64,000 nt of DNA, from assembly GCA_051294375.1 (NCBI GenBank), contig CM119264.1, forward strand, positions 26,125,011 to 26,189,010, in the 5' to 3' direction. The position numbers and the translations under genes are program-made. Each line of letters starts with the position of its first letter. The stretch's first letter is position 1. Below the pieces are notes generated by a model, which was not told where the DNA came from, made no database searches, and was given only the letters and a program-made list of their open reading frames with translations. Below are positions 38,108 to 51,947 of this stretch, in pieces. Source of the DNA: Paraspadella gotoi (lineage: Eukaryota > Animalia > Chaetognatha).

Positions 38108-39205
38108 TACCTCTCCTTCTCCTCTCAAGAAGTCGCCAAACGGCAAAGTCTCTGGTTAGAGTCTCCAATCTCAATTCAGCGCCAAGATGAAGTCGAGGTC
38201 CTCTTGAGCCTCACCCTCGCCTCACCCCGTCTCACCCGAACCTCACATCGAAAGAACTCGCCCTGGTTTTATTCACCTGTCTGAATGATGCGCGCGCCTC
38301 ACCCCTACAACTCAGCATACCTCTGCGTATTCATCGCTCCTTTGAACTCACTTTAGCCAATAGTAATAAACGACCTCATATTTTTCTGTTTCATAATTTT
38401 TGTCGTAGTTTTTCTCCACAATTTTTAACTATCGTTTGGAATCTTATTTCAACCATAACTTATGTCTTCCGCATAAAGCTAAACTTAGCCCATGTATTTT
38501 CTTCCAATCAACTTGAATAACTTTGTAAGTTTTTACTTTTTACGCATATACGTATATCGTACTACCATATTCTTAATTCCTCCAAATTACAAATAACTTT
38601 CGGCCCGTCTTATCCTTTATGATTTGTATATCTTAACTGCTTACGTCACAACCTTCCTTCTTCATTGGAAAATTCGACCTCTTTTCAAACTTCCTTTCAA
38701 GTTTCAACTTTTCTTCCATCTCCACTGCTATTTTCAATTCTCTATCCGCCTTCTTTTACCATATCTTTTAATAACCCTTAACTTCTTTTCACCTAAATTT
38801 CCTATCTGTCCCATTCCATCTCTGTCTTTTCCACTTTTTTTTTCTATCTCCTTTCTAATTCTCTCCCACTTATCTCCCACTTCTCTCTCCACTTCTCCCC
38901 ACCTCTTCTCACTTCTCTTCGCCACTTTTATTTTCCCGCCACTTTTTTTTTATCTACGGGAAATTACCTCTCGAGTTCGAACGATAACTTTCGCCGGCAC
39001 GACCGGATCTAATGCCTTTCGGCCGTCCCGTTATAACCCCCCTCTCTCTCCTTCTCTCTCCCTCTCTTCGCATCCTCTCCTCTCCTTCTCTCTCTCTCTC
39101 CTCTCTCTCTTCTCTCTCTCCGCGAAAGCCCATTAGACACCTCTCTCTCGACCTCTCCCCCCTTGTCCAATCTACCGCCCCCTTTTCCCACGCTTTCGCG
39201 AAACT
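38108..39205 (+). repeat. Duplicated block D, copy 1 (matches ~41008-42213)
   Basis: Colinear from 'tacc.ctccttc..ctctcaa.aagtcgccaaa' to 'gcgaaact'. Confidence 0.93.
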
Positions 39206-39230
39206 NNNNNNNNNNNNNNNNNNNNNNNNN
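39206..39230. other. Assembly gap, 25 N
   Basis: Run of exactly 25 N. Confidence 1.
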
Positions 39231-40212
39231 TCTCTCTCTCTCTCTCTCTGTCTCTGTCTTTGCTTTGGTTTTTTATATTGCTAAGTCTTGATGGTTGTTT
39301 AACTAAAAAGCGACAACGGCCAGGATTTTTTTTCTCGAATTATTAAATCGCTCTGGACACGAGCTCTCCATCCAATCTCTCTCTCTCTCTCTCTCTTCTC
39401 ATCAACATCATTTATAACTCATGCATCGTCGTTTCTATTTTCGACGATGTGCTCCCCCCCACTTCTCCATCGTCTCTTCCCTCCTTTCTCTCCCCCTCCC
39501 TCTCCCATTTTGCCATTGATTCCGAATTCGAATAGACGGGCAGATGGCGCGAGAGACGAGTCGCTATTCGACCGTTGCTCTTTTATTATCTTTGTTCATA
39601 TTGCGTTTTGGTTTTTTGTTTTGTTGTTTTTTTTGTTTTTGTTTTATTTTCATATTTTTATACTTGATTATTATTTTTTTATGTTAACTTTTAACAGTTT
39701 TTCACTCTCATATTTGTTTTCTTTTCCTTTTTAGTCTCCAAATTTCTCTAGAGTCATTCCCTTACCACTTTTCGGAAACCATTTTTATATGACTAATCTC
39801 CGACGCACGAAAATTTACAATCATACATACTTCCTCAAAAACATGAATAAATTAAGATATAAAGTATTATTAAGTTTTATTATTCGCATCATTTTTTTTC
39901 CTCTTTCAAATCGTCGCCATTTTTTTCCTCCTCCAACGACGCTATCCCCTCTTTCCATTCATCCTTGATGGCGCCTTAGTCCTATCATTTTTCTCCCTCT
40001 CTTTTCTTTTTTTTCTCTTCCTCTCTATTTCCTCTCTTTCCCGATTCCTTTTCTTTTTTTTTTACGATATATAACGGGCGACTTTCTTTTCTTTCGAAAT
40101 GGCGACCGACGACGACGACGACGACGACGATATAAACATCGATAACGAGACGAGCGTCGCATTTCTGTCCCATTGGTTCAGTCTCTCGCTCAGCGGGCGC
40201 CCCTTGTTATCA

Positions 40213-40280
<68 letters not shown>

Positions 40281-42213
40281 TCTCTCTCTGTCTCTCTGGG
40301 GTCGTTGTTAGATGGGGCGAAAGCAAACGAGTCCCCTTTCTGAAAATAAGTTGCTTAACCCCGGCCGCCGCCGCCGCTATCACCTGTTTGTTGTGATGAC
40401 AAAAATACTCACCCGCTTCTTCGTTGTTGTTGTCGTTTGCCCATTGGTCGATCGCAAGAGGTAAGGGAGAGACTGACCTTTTATTTCTGTCGCCTCTGTC
40501 CTAGACAGAGGAATCATTAAGGGAGACATAAAAACCCCGTCTCATCACATCGGACACTATCGGACACATTGGAACACGTATTTTTATTGATTACTTCGTG
40601 AACATTTATTTATTCTCTTTTTAATGCTTGTTAAAAATTTTCAGCGTTAAGTTTTATAGTTAGTTTTCAATGTTAATAATCAGATTTTTTTTCCATTTAA
40701 TTTTAGGTTAGTTTTACAAATTTTTAGTTAGTTACTTATTTTAGTTATTTTACCTATTTTAGTTAGTTAGTTAATCGTTTCAAAGGCTTCTATTTTGAAT
40801 TTTACAATAAGTCGCGGTTCATTTTTGGCTCCTAAACGCTGACGCCGCATCTGTAACATTTAATAAGGATTCTAAAGGAAGACTAGTAAAAAGTCAAGTG
40901 GTTTAATTTTTAAGTAAGAAGTAAAATGTTTAAAAGAATAATTTTTTTTTAGCTCCAACAGATTGACTAAACACAACATAAGGAGAAGGCTATTCCCCTC
41001 GTGCTTTACCCCTCCTTCTCCCTCTCAAAGTCGCCAAAGGCAAAGTCCTCGGTTATGAGTCTCCATCTCACAATTCAGCGCCAAATGAAGTCGAGGTCTC
41101 TTGAGCCTCACCTCGCCTCACCCCGTCTCACCCGAACCTCACATCGAAAGAACCTCGCCTCTGGTTTTATTCACCTGTCGTGAATGATGTGCGTCGCGCC
41201 TCACCCTACAACTCACCTCGCGTATTCATCGCTCTTTGAACTCACTTTATCATCGTAATAAACGACCTCATATTTTTCTGTTTCATAATTTTTGTCGTAG
41301 TTTTTCTCCACAATTTTTACTATCGTTTGGATCTTATTTCACCATAACTTATGTCTTCCTGCATTAGCTAAACTTAGCCCATGTATTTTCTTCCATCAAC
41401 TGAAATAACTTTGTAAGTTTTTACTTTTACGCATATACGTATATCGTACTACCAATTCTAATTCTCTCCCAAATTAAAAAAACTTTCGCCGTCTTATTCC
41501 TTTATGATTTTATGTATATCTTTACTGCTTACCTCACCAACCTGTCCTCTCTTCATTGGCAATTCCGACCCTCTTTTCAAACTTCTTTCAACTTTTCTTT
41601 CCAATCTTCCACTGCTATTTCAACTTCTCTGTCCGCCTTCTTTTACGCATATCTTTTAAGTAACCCTAACCTCTCTTTCCACTAAATTTCCTATCTGTCC
41701 CAATCCATCTGTCTTTCCACTTTTTTTTTCTATCTCTCTTTCTAATTCTCTCCCCACTTATCTTCCCACTTCTCTTCCCACTTCTCTCCCCACCTCTTCT
41801 CACTTCTCATCCCACTTCTATTTCAACCGACCGCTAATCCGGCCCGCCCACTTTTTTTTGTGCTATCCTACGGGAATCCCGTGCCTCAGATTCGAACGAT
41901 AAACTTTCGCGCGGGTCAAACGAATGCGGATCGCTAATGGCCTGTAGTTCGCCGTCCCGGGTTTATACCCCCATCCTCGCGCGCGCTCGATCTCGAGCTC
42001 TCTCTCATCTCTCTCTCTCCTTCCTCTTGCCTCGTCTCTCTCTCGTCTCGTCTTCTCTCGTCTCTCTCTCCTCTCATTCTCCGTCTCTCTCCTCTCTCTC
42101 TCTCCTCTCTCGCGCGTATTTGAAACCCATTTAGAACATCCTTCGTCTTGCTCGCCTCTCCCCCTTCCAAATCTACCCGCCCCCCTTCTTTTCCCTACGC
42201 ATTCGGCGAAACT
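39231..42213 (+). repeat. Blocks C and D, copy 2, joined directly (empty-site version of the locus)
   Basis: 'gtgctttacccctccttctccctctcaaagtcgcc' at ~41001-41036 joins sequences that lie 7.9 kb apart in copy 1. Confidence 0.93.
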
Positions 42214-42304
42214 CATCATAATCTCGCTTTTAATGGAGTCATACACCCAAAACGTTATCAGTCATCTTCCAGATAAACGGCATGAAATTCCTATCCCCTC
42301 ATAC

Positions 42305-42545
42305 GCGGCATGCACTGTTCTGGCGTTTCACCCCCAGCCTTCTTCTCGCCTTCTACGCCACCGGGACGCGAGCGTCAAGCTGCGCGATGCCGGGGCCCCG
42401 CCCGACAGCCGCAGCCCGGGCAGCAGCTGTCGCGCCGGGGACTCTGCGTCATCTGTTGCATGCTGTCGCCAAGAATGCACGTCGCTATGCTGCCGCTGGC
42501 GGGCACGCTGTGAGACGACGCAACGGAGGAAGAAGGAAAATGACC
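42305..42545 (-). CDS. Candidate internal exon of an unidentified gene (frame uncertain)
   Basis: Unique, high-complexity GC-rich island bounded on the minus strand by ttccag|GGTCAT and CGC|gtatga. One frame reads GHFPSSSVASSHSVPASGSIATCILGDSMQQMTQSP, but no frame is open end to end and no family is recognised. Confidence 0.25.
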
Positions 42546-42641
42546 CTGGAATCCGCAACCAAAAACTTGAAGCATCGGCGTTTGCTCGGGCAAATAGGGA
42601 GGATGAGAGAGGAGAGAGAGAGAGAGAGAGAGAAGAGAGAG

Positions 42642-42677
<36 letters not shown>

Positions 42678-45461
42678 AGAGAGGAGAGAGAGAGATTATT
42701 AGAAAGGTGCAATCACATTCCAGAAACACAAACGATTGTTAAAAAGTGTTTTGGCAATATTTGCAATAAATTACTATATCTGTCTTTTTTCTCAAAGGTT
42801 AATGTGAGAAAATCACTAATCGTCGATATGTATCGGGTATCTCTTACAGAACATCATGTAAAATAAAATTATCATGTTCGATCTTAGTGAAGATTCCTTT
42901 TTAATCTTTCCAATTTTCCTTTGCTCTTTAAAATAATTTTCCTTTTGTACTGACATATTGTACTTGTTCACATATACAGTATCTACAAATCTCAAGTCGG
43001 TCCATATTTCTCCATCTCCTTTCACCGAACAAATCTCGGCGCGTCGGCCGGAATCGCGCTGCTCAATCTTCCCGTGCTTTATTCCGCCTAAAGAATTTCT
43101 TTCTCAGATTCGATATGCGGTCAATATCGGCAGAACATTTTTATTCAATGGCACGATTTTATTCGGCAAGAAGACGAAACGACAAAGAAGCCAATTGTGG
43201 CCCGTCCTGCCCGTTCCTGCCTCCTCTCCCTTCTCTTCTCTCTCTCTCGTCCTCTCTCTCTCACTCTCTTCTCTCCATCTCGCTTCTCGTCTCTCTCGTC
43301 ATCTTTCTTTTTTTCCCTTCTCTCTTTCTCTCCTCTCTTTTCCTCAACTCTTTGTTCCGTTTGTCTTTTTTAGTTCTCTTTTATTCTCTCTCCCTCTCGT
43401 CTGCTCTTCCTCACTCCTCTCTCTCTCTCTCTCTCTCCCTCTGCTGCCTCTCTCTCTCTCTTCCCTCTCTCCGCTCTCTCCTCTCTCCTCCTCTTCTGCT
43501 GCCCTCTCTCCTCGTGCTCTCCTCTTCTTTTTCTTCTTTGTTGTTTCCTTTTTTTTTCTTTTTTTTTCGCTTTTTTTTCCCATTTTCTCTTCCCTTTTCT
43601 CTCCGCGCACCTTTTTTTTTCTTTCCCATTTTTCCCCCCCAGAACTTTCCTTTCTCACAGATAGTACGTTGGAAAAGTACAACCATAATAAGTGACCCCG
43701 TTACGAAACCCACTCTTCCGATTTAGAATTTCTTTTTTTGTCAAAGAATTTGGTTTCTCGAATTTCTAAGAAGATGATGCGACTGTCATCTTCTGGCGAC
43801 GGGAAAGACCAATTCATGGTGGGCAATTCTTAGACATTGACGCTTATGTCAAAAAACATCCGAACCAACTTTAGTTTTAACTTCAATTTGAATACTACAA
43901 TTTTTATTGGTCTTCATTATTTTTTTCAGAATTCTACATATAAATAAATGAGAAACGGGTGATTGTTTCGAGTTAAGCTCATTAACGGCATTATTAACCT
44001 AAAATTACTTGGATAATTAACTCCAAAGACACCAAAGTACACAAATTTTAAAATGATATGTTACAATTTGAGTCTGAGGAATAGCGACTTCGGTGGACTT
44101 TCGGCAAACAGAGTGAAAGCCTGTTTCTTCCTTGAACGATTACCGCGAGCGATTTCTCGAAGGCCTCCTGACGGACGTTGGGATGCCCTCATCAAAGAGC
44201 GACAACGACGACAACAAAAATAACAACAACAACAACAAAAACAATAACATAAACGTCTAATGCATTATAGTTTCCAGACCCAAAAATAAATGACGTCATT
44301 TAATAAAATCGAATGAAAAAAAAAGAAGAGGAAAAAAGAAAGAGAAATAAAAGGAATAAAAAAAAAAAGAAGTGGAGAGAGAGAGAGCGAGATAGAATCG
44401 CACCTGCCCTCTCGCGGTCGAAGCGAGAAATGCCCATATCCAAAACGCGATTAAGGTGACGTGGGTGGACGGGCGGAGGCCATTAAGTCGATGGTCACCG
44501 CGCGAGGAGAGAGAGCGATGCTGCTGCGTCGTCGTCGTCGTCGACGTCGTCGTCGTCGTCGTCGTGGTTGTTATTGTCGTTTTTCTTGGTTGTTGTTGTA
44601 GGGAGAATTGCGCCCGCGTTTGGCCGCGTTGATGGAGGGTCGAGCGCCTCCTTCTGCCGCTTTACGACCCTTTGTGCATCGAGGGTTTCAGTCGTTGTTG
44701 TGTTCTTTTGTCTTTGCGAACGACGAACGAGTTTTGGAACTCAGTCTTTATATGTTTTATTAAAAGCGTCTTAGCGAACATAATGGGAGGAAAGGTTTAA
44801 CCTTAAAATCGGGTATTTGTTTCTGTAAAAAATTGTGTTCTTTTGGTGTTAGAATTAGTTTCATCATTAGCGGCTCATCATCAGTCTGAAAAACAGTTAC
44901 AAAAATGATGCAAATATATAATTTGCTTATGAAAAGAAATATTAAACTGAACTGATTCTAATGTCAAAACATATATCATTGTTTTAATTCAACTTATTAA
45001 AAAGATCTAACGTTTTTCAATAGTGTCTTTCTGGAATTCGAAACAAAGAATAAAAAATAAATGACTTCTGATTTTTATTCAAATTCAAGATTCATTTTAA
45101 AACAAAACGTTTTGATGTCCCGATATAAATGAAGCGTTGATGAGATGATGAATAAATTCACCGCCCGAAACCTAATTCCTTTCGACTCTCTCTCTCTCTG
45201 CCGTCTGTCTCTGCTCGTCTCGCGCTCTCACTCCATCTCTTCGTCTGTCTCTCTCTCCTTCTCGCGATCGGCTGTCCCGGCGCTCGCGTCGTCTCCGGTG
45301 GCGTCTCTCCGTCTGTCTCTCTCGCTTGGATCGGCCGATATTGGACCGCTTTCGTCTGCTGTGCCGGAGATCGCAACCTCGCCCTTCTTCCTCGCTTGGA
45401 GCATTTGCAATTGGAAATGAGAAATGATTTCGTGGCCTCCGCTGGTATTCTCTCGTCCCCG

Positions 45462-45492
<31 letters not shown>

Positions 45493-45584
45493 TCTTTTTC
45501 TGTTGACGAGTCCTGCCTACATGAGATCAGTTGTATGATCTCTTGTCCAGACTAGAATTTCTTATGCGAAGTCGAGGCGGAGTG

Positions 45585-45585
45585 C

Positions 45586-45658
<73 letters not shown>

Positions 45659-45667
45659 AGCGACGAC
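45585..45667 (+). repeat. (GAC)n trinucleotide microsatellite, ~25 units
   Basis: Seen directly; shorter tracts at ~29255, 44527, 53186 and 56975. Confidence 0.98.
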
Positions 45668-46268
45668 ATCTTGGGTGCCGCTTTTTCGTTCTTTTTTAAA
45701 CACACCTACGCTTGAGCGGTAATGAGGATCAAGTCATCTCTGTTCTCGTATCTCATCATTCTCAGCGAAAATACTTTTTTTCGATTTGCGCAGTTATTAA
45801 AAAATGGTAATGATGTACTAGCTACTTGAATTAAAATTTCTAAATTAATTGTTTTATCATTTAGACTAATTTTTTTAAAACTAAATAAACAACTACATAT
45901 ATACATGAAATTGGTACAACCAATATAAAAATTATCCATTCATTTAATAAATAAGCTATCTTGCCCCTGACTTTGGACAGGCTTTGGTGGTTTATATATT
46001 ACAATAAGATAATTTGGAAATGGATGTTAGTCTTGTCTTCTTAAAATAAAGTGAAAATCGTTTTTATTCTTGTTGGACAAATGTGTTTAATTTAAGAAAA
46101 AAACAAAAATAATCGAAACTATCCTAAACGCAATCGACATAAAAATTTTTTTAGTAAAAATAAATTAACAACTATTAATGTTGGCAATAAAGCATGGAGA
46201 CTCTCTCTTAAGGAAAGGAAAACCTGAAGACAAATGTTCGAGTCCAGAATTTTCTACTGGATCTCCAG

Positions 46269-47470
46269 TAAGGCGTAGTGAAAGTTACATACGAAAATTC
46301 AAAAGCAATTATGAAAAACATACCATCCAGTGAACATTAATTTGTAAAAAAAAAATCAATTTTATGTTTTTTAATTTTCGCAGTGGGCTGTATTTATATA
46401 TAGTACTATTAGCCATAGCCGATGAAATTTAAATGCGTAATGTATATCAGCGTTAAAATAATCTATCATGACCATTAGATTATGGTATTAAAATATTTTT
46501 TGTCAAAAAAATGCTTTCTTCTGGAGGTACTAGCCTAATTAAAATTTATATTACTATAGAGAGCAAAAAAATTTTTTTTTAAACTTAAATTTTTTTGATG
46601 GATTCTGATAGAGCATAAAAAGTTAAACAAAAATATAATTACAGCTTTTAAAAAATTCTTCGTTATTTAAGTGAAAATATAAAAAAACTGATAAACATCG
46701 AAAGATGATGATGATGATCATATTTTTACAGTTTTTCTTATTTTGACACACTTATCGTAAAATATTTAAAAAAGAATTATACTTTGTGTAGACAATTTTT
46801 ATGAGCTATCTGAATTGGTCTTAAAATTAAAATATTAAAAAAAATTTTTGGCTTTCTATCTATAAATAATATTGAAAAATTATTACTAGGGTATAGAGCA
46901 TATTAGAAATTTTTGTCCATTGAAGTATCTTTAAAATGTCTAAATATCGTTTGAGCATGTATCATCTAAATTTTTGGACTCACCCATGAGTGGGCTACCC
47001 TAGTACTATCTCTTATAAAATCGAAAAATTTCAAAATAAGCTTATATTAATTTTGATTGCAGATTTGAATTCCTCATCAAAAGTTGATAGAAAGAAAATA
47101 TGAATCATTTTTAAAAATTCTTTTATTAAGTGGGTTAAAAATTAAAAAAAAATATTTATATATAAAAGTTAATTTTCAGGCTTAAAATATAGCTTTTTCT
47201 AATTTTTGACCCACTTAATGAAGGAATTTTTCAAAAAGAGTTATATCTTTTATCAACTTTTTATGACGAATCCAAATTTGCAAAAAATGTTAGAAACAGT
47301 TTTGAAATTTTAACATTTATTGATTTAGTACTAGTATAAATATGGCTACTGCGTAAATTGTAAAATTTATTAAATTTTTATATTACATAATGTTCATTAA
47401 TATAATGTGTTGTTCCTTTCACTTTTAGAATTTTAATTAAAGTTAAATTTAGAAATTTTACTACGCCTTA
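46269..47470. mobile_element. Non-autonomous TIR DNA transposon, 1202 bp, 8-bp TSD (hAT-like)
   Basis: TSD ATCTCCAG at 46261-46268 and 47471-47478; termini TAAGGCGTAGTGAAA / TTTTACTACGCCTTA; imperfect subterminal inverted similarity extends ~140 bp; AT-rich, no ORF. Confidence 0.88.
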
Positions 47471-48998
47471 ATCTCCAGGTTCTGAGTTAAACATTTTAAA
47501 ACTTAATATATATCCATTGAGATACTCCTTCACGAATGAAATTAAAAAAAAAAACAGGCAGTGGCCTTAAACATATCCTTCCACACAGTATCTGATTCAT
47601 TCAAGAGGTCCAGCAATAAAGAAAAAAAAACATTGGCTGCAGCAACGTTTCATCGCGGCAGCCACTTCTGAGATATTTGGCCAGGAGAAAATCGAAAGTG
47701 GGCATTAGGACGTGCTGAAAACGACGTTAACCGGATCCTTTTATTCGGTTATGGCCTTTTAAATCGACGTTGCTATGCGACCCTGTTCGAAACCTTCACC
47801 GAGTTTTATACACGGCTTCGATACGGTGAACTTACCCACAAAAATAATAATTTATAAAATGTATAATTATTGCAAGCTAAGCATCAAAAAGAGGCTTAGC
47901 CTTTGTTTGTAAGTATGTTAGCCGCATAAATCGCCCTCTCCGATTCAATCTTTTGCCTTCATCGCCTCCATTGTTGAAGTGGCCTCCATTTTTTTTAATC
48001 TCACCTTTCACTCTTTATTCTTAATCTTCCTCCTTTTATTTTCCTTCATCCCCTTTTTCCTCCTTTTAATCTCCCTTCTTTTCTCCCCTTCAAAGAGCCG
48101 CAGTAGATTCCCCGTTGATCCCCATTAAGTATTTTCTTTCCTTCCTCCTTTTTAATCCTCCAACCCAGCGAAGAGATGAATTTCCTTCTCTCATTTTTTT
48201 TTTCCTTTTCTTTTCTCCTTCATAATAACAATAACAATAATGGGAATAAATCTTTTGTTTTGTTTTTATCGTTTTCTCTCGTTTCTCCACTAGAACAGAC
48301 GCCATCTGACGTCTCTCTTTTTTTCCCTTTTTTTTTTATTTAGCGCCTCTGACGTCGACCGCGCGACGAGGACGATAACGACGATAATGACAAACGTTAA
48401 CAACGATGATAATGACAGCGACGGCGACGACGATGACAACTAACGCCAGTTAACCACGATATAGACGACAAAGACGACGATGATGACAACGAGTGTTATC
48501 AATAACGACAACGACGATTTTGACGATAACGCTGATCATTGAAAGCGAAAATAATGTCGCCCCTGACAACGGAAGTTTTGGGCGAAATCAAAAGCTGAAC
48601 GGCCTTTTGTTTTCATTCGAGCCTTTTGATTTTTTTTCTTTTTTTTTTCTACCGTGTCGGTTTTACCTCATCCGGGAATCGTTCGACATCTTTGTAACAC
48701 ATCCCTTCGGGGAACGGTTAAATGTCGTTGTATCTTTTCCTTATATCATTTCATCCTATCTCTATTTTATTTTACTCATTTCCCAGCCAAGTTTATTTTT
48801 TTGGGGGGAAATAATTTGGTTTCGTTCTTCTTTCTGAAATTATTCGCAGTCGCGTGCCATCTGTTTGCATCGTTTTGATAGCGACGACGACGACGACGAC
48901 GCCCTATCGATGATAGGTCATTGACCAGGTCTTTGCAGGTGCAATCGCGACATTAGGTGCGATTACGCGTGATGTCGAAGGCTTCTTTCGTTCGTCGC

Positions 48999-49085
48999 CA
49001 AGATTGCGGCGAAGATAGTGGCAAAGATTGCGGCGAAGATAGTGGCAAAGATTGCTACGAAGATAGTGGCGAAGATTGCGGAGAA
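48999..49085 (+). repeat. 24-bp minisatellite (two 12-bp subunits), ~3.5 copies
   Basis: aagattgcggcgaagatagtggca repeated; gives the 'DCGEDSGK' ORF. Confidence 0.9.
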
Positions 49086-50542
49086 CCCGTTAGTAATCTA
49101 CAACTCGCGGTCGTATTCATCATTTATTGTCGTCTTAGGATTAGGACGAAGTCTTTGAAAGTAAACTGTACAATTAGTGATATTAGAAGGCGATTAATTA
49201 TCAATGATAATCTCATCATATGTATATGGTTATTATGTTATTATGTTATCAGGCTTGACGTTGTCGGATGAAGCCTTCGTATTTATTTTCTCAACGCTAT
49301 CTGTGTTTGCGGTATCATTGTGTTACAATCAATATTTCCCTTTTCATCATATCATCATTGGATTCTCATCGGGAACGAAGCCCTTTTGTTTTTCGATTTA
49401 ATAGCTTCGTCTTCATTTGTGTAACGTCCTCACCAGTGTTGCACTTTTAATTTTAAACATTTTAATCATTATATATCATCGTTTATCAACATTAATTTAC
49501 TTTTTAGTCTTCTTTCTCTGCGTGGTCTTGGTTATCATCGTCTTCGTCTTCGTATGTATTCTTCTTCGTCGTCATCATCGTCGTCTTCTTCGTCGTCATC
49601 ATCTCCCTCTCGCTGGTTCAGGTCCATCGACTTCGCATTTTCCGTGAATCAACTCATTCGTTCGAATTCTCGAAGGTAAACTTAACGCAGTAAGGATCGT
49701 TTGGTTGAACAAATAAACAATAAAGATTCTTGTTTAACCTGCAAACTTGACTTGAAAGAATGTACGGTTTGTCTATTAGCCTTTTTTTTGGGTCAATATG
49801 TGTCGATTGGATAAAACCTGAAACTACGTGAACTGCGTTTTTTCTATCATCACGATAAAAAATACTATATTAAACGATTTTCTCAATTCTTTTAATTACT
49901 ACGTAATTTCAATACATAACAATTTTCTATCGCAAACCGAATTTATTCCATTAATTAATTCTAATTAATTCTAATCCATTCTAATTAATTCCATTAATTC
50001 TTACAATTCCATTTAGATCTCGAGCCTCGACCATCAGTCCTTCTCTCTTTGCCCGTCGGTCTTTGCCTCTCCGATCCGCGACCTACATTACGTTGCAGCG
50101 GACGATTCTGCAATCGCCAGGCGTCACTGCCAGAGTCATTAACTCTCGACAGCGAAATTGCGTCTGTCAGCTTCGACCACCTTTGTTATTCGGTCCTTCG
50201 TTATTCGATATTCGCTGAATATGATTTTCGTCGTCATAAGCGATTTTTGCTTTCGATTTCATTAGTTCAATATGTAAAATTACGTTATATATATTTTTAA
50301 TTGTGAAAGGGTTACAATGTGTACTAGTACCCAACTAACATTAAGTGAATGTTCATTGACAAAGTTTATCTCTTTAGGTCCTTAATGTTTGGTTCTTTTT
50401 TAAAATTAAATTTATTTATTCCATTGTATCACCGTGTTAGTAGCAACAGTCATTGCCCGAACAACGACGTTCGCAAAGTATTCAGCGAGAAGTAGAATTT
50501 TAACTTTGAGTCATCGTCGTTGTCATTTCGTCGTCGTCGTCG

Positions 50543-51275
50543 NNNNNNNNNNNNNNNNNNNNNNNNNNNNNNNNNNNNNNNNNNNNNNNNNNNNNNNNNN
50601 NNNNNNNNNNNNNNNNNNNNNNNNNNNNNNNNNNNNNNNNNNNNNNNNNNNNNNNNNNNNNNNNNNNNNNNNNNNNNNNNNNNNNNNNNNNNNNNNNNNN
50701 NNNNNNNNNNNNNNNNNNNNNNNNNNNNNNNNNNNNNNNNNNNNNNNNNNNNNNNNNNNNNNNNNNNNNNNNNNNNNNNNNNNNNNNNNNNNNNNNNNNN
50801 NNNNNNNNNNNNNNNNNNNNNNNNNNNNNNNNNNNNNNNNNNNNNNNNNNNNNNNNNNNNNNNNNNNNNNNNNNNNNNNNNNNNNNNNNNNNNNNNNNNN
50901 NNNNNNNNNNNNNNNNNNNNNNNNNNNNNNNNNNNNNNNNNNNNNNNNNNNNNNNNNNNNNNNNNNNNNNNNNNNNNNNNNNNNNNNNNNNNNNNNNNNN
51001 NNNNNNNNNNNNNNNNNNNNNNNNNNNNNNNNNNNNNNNNNNNNNNNNNNNNNNNNNNNNNNNNNNNNNNNNNNNNNNNNNNNNNNNNNNNNNNNNNNNN
51101 NNNNNNNNNNNNNNNNNNNNNNNNNNNNNNNNNNNNNNNNNNNNNNNNNNNNNNNNNNNNNNNNNNNNNNNNNNNNNNNNNNNNNNNNNNNNNNNNNNNN
51201 NNNNNNNNNNNNNNNNNNNNNNNNNNNNNNNNNNNNNNNNNNNNNNNNNNNNNNNNNNNNNNNNNNNNNNNNNNN
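50543..51275. other. Assembly gap, 733 N
   Basis: N-run; the long X-filled ORFs are artefacts of it. Confidence 1.
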
Positions 51276-51296
51276 TTTGAAGTTTATTATTATATA

Positions 51297-51754
51297 TGAA
51301 GTTCATACGAAATGACATGTTTACATACTATGAATAGAAGTTTTTTTATGGATTTTTCATAAAATTGAAGCATATTTAAAAGTCAAATAATTTCGATCGA
51401 GAGAGACGAGAGAGCCAGCTTTTTTAGGCTAAACACTAACAAAAACGGAGGATTAGAGATTATGGCGTTTTTTTCCGTTTCTGTCCATCCGTCCACACGA
51501 ACGAAGAACAGGATTTATTTGCGACGACAAACAAAGCAAAAAAAAAAAGCACAAAAGCTGTAGAAACAAAAAACAAAAGAGTGGAAAACAAAAACGAAAA
51601 CCATGCTTATACAGCTTTAAAAAAAATTTAATTTGAATTTATTTATTAAAGTTGAAGTTCATACGAAATGAAATGTTTACATACTGATGAATAGAAGTTT
51701 TTTTATGGACATTTTCATAAAATTGAAGCCCATATTAAAGTCAAAATAATTTTC
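51297..51754 (+). repeat. ~100-bp direct repeat (51297-51393 and 51653-51754) on a small inter-gap contig
   Basis: 'tgaagttcatacgaaatga.atgtttacatact..tgaatagaagttttt...gtcaaa.taattt' occurs twice. Confidence 0.85.
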
Positions 51755-51887
51755 AGTTTGGCAGTTATAATAAGGAGGCTATAAAATAAAAAAAATGAGA
51801 AATAAAAAAAAAGCGAAAGTAAACTTCAGAACAGAAATCGACGTCATCATGCGCAACAAGTCCGTAGCCCCTTAATAAATTAGATTG

Positions 51888-51912
51888 NNNNNNNNNNNNN
51901 NNNNNNNNNNNN
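51888..51912. other. Assembly gap, 25 N
   Basis: Run of exactly 25 N. Confidence 1.

Positions 51913-51947
<35 letters not shown>

Noticed and set aside
48957-49271. ORF with DCGEDSGK repeats
   Set aside because: Explained by the 24-bp minisatellite; no other coding evidence.
50434-51318. 259-293-aa ORFs
   Set aside because: They are read through the 733-N gap.
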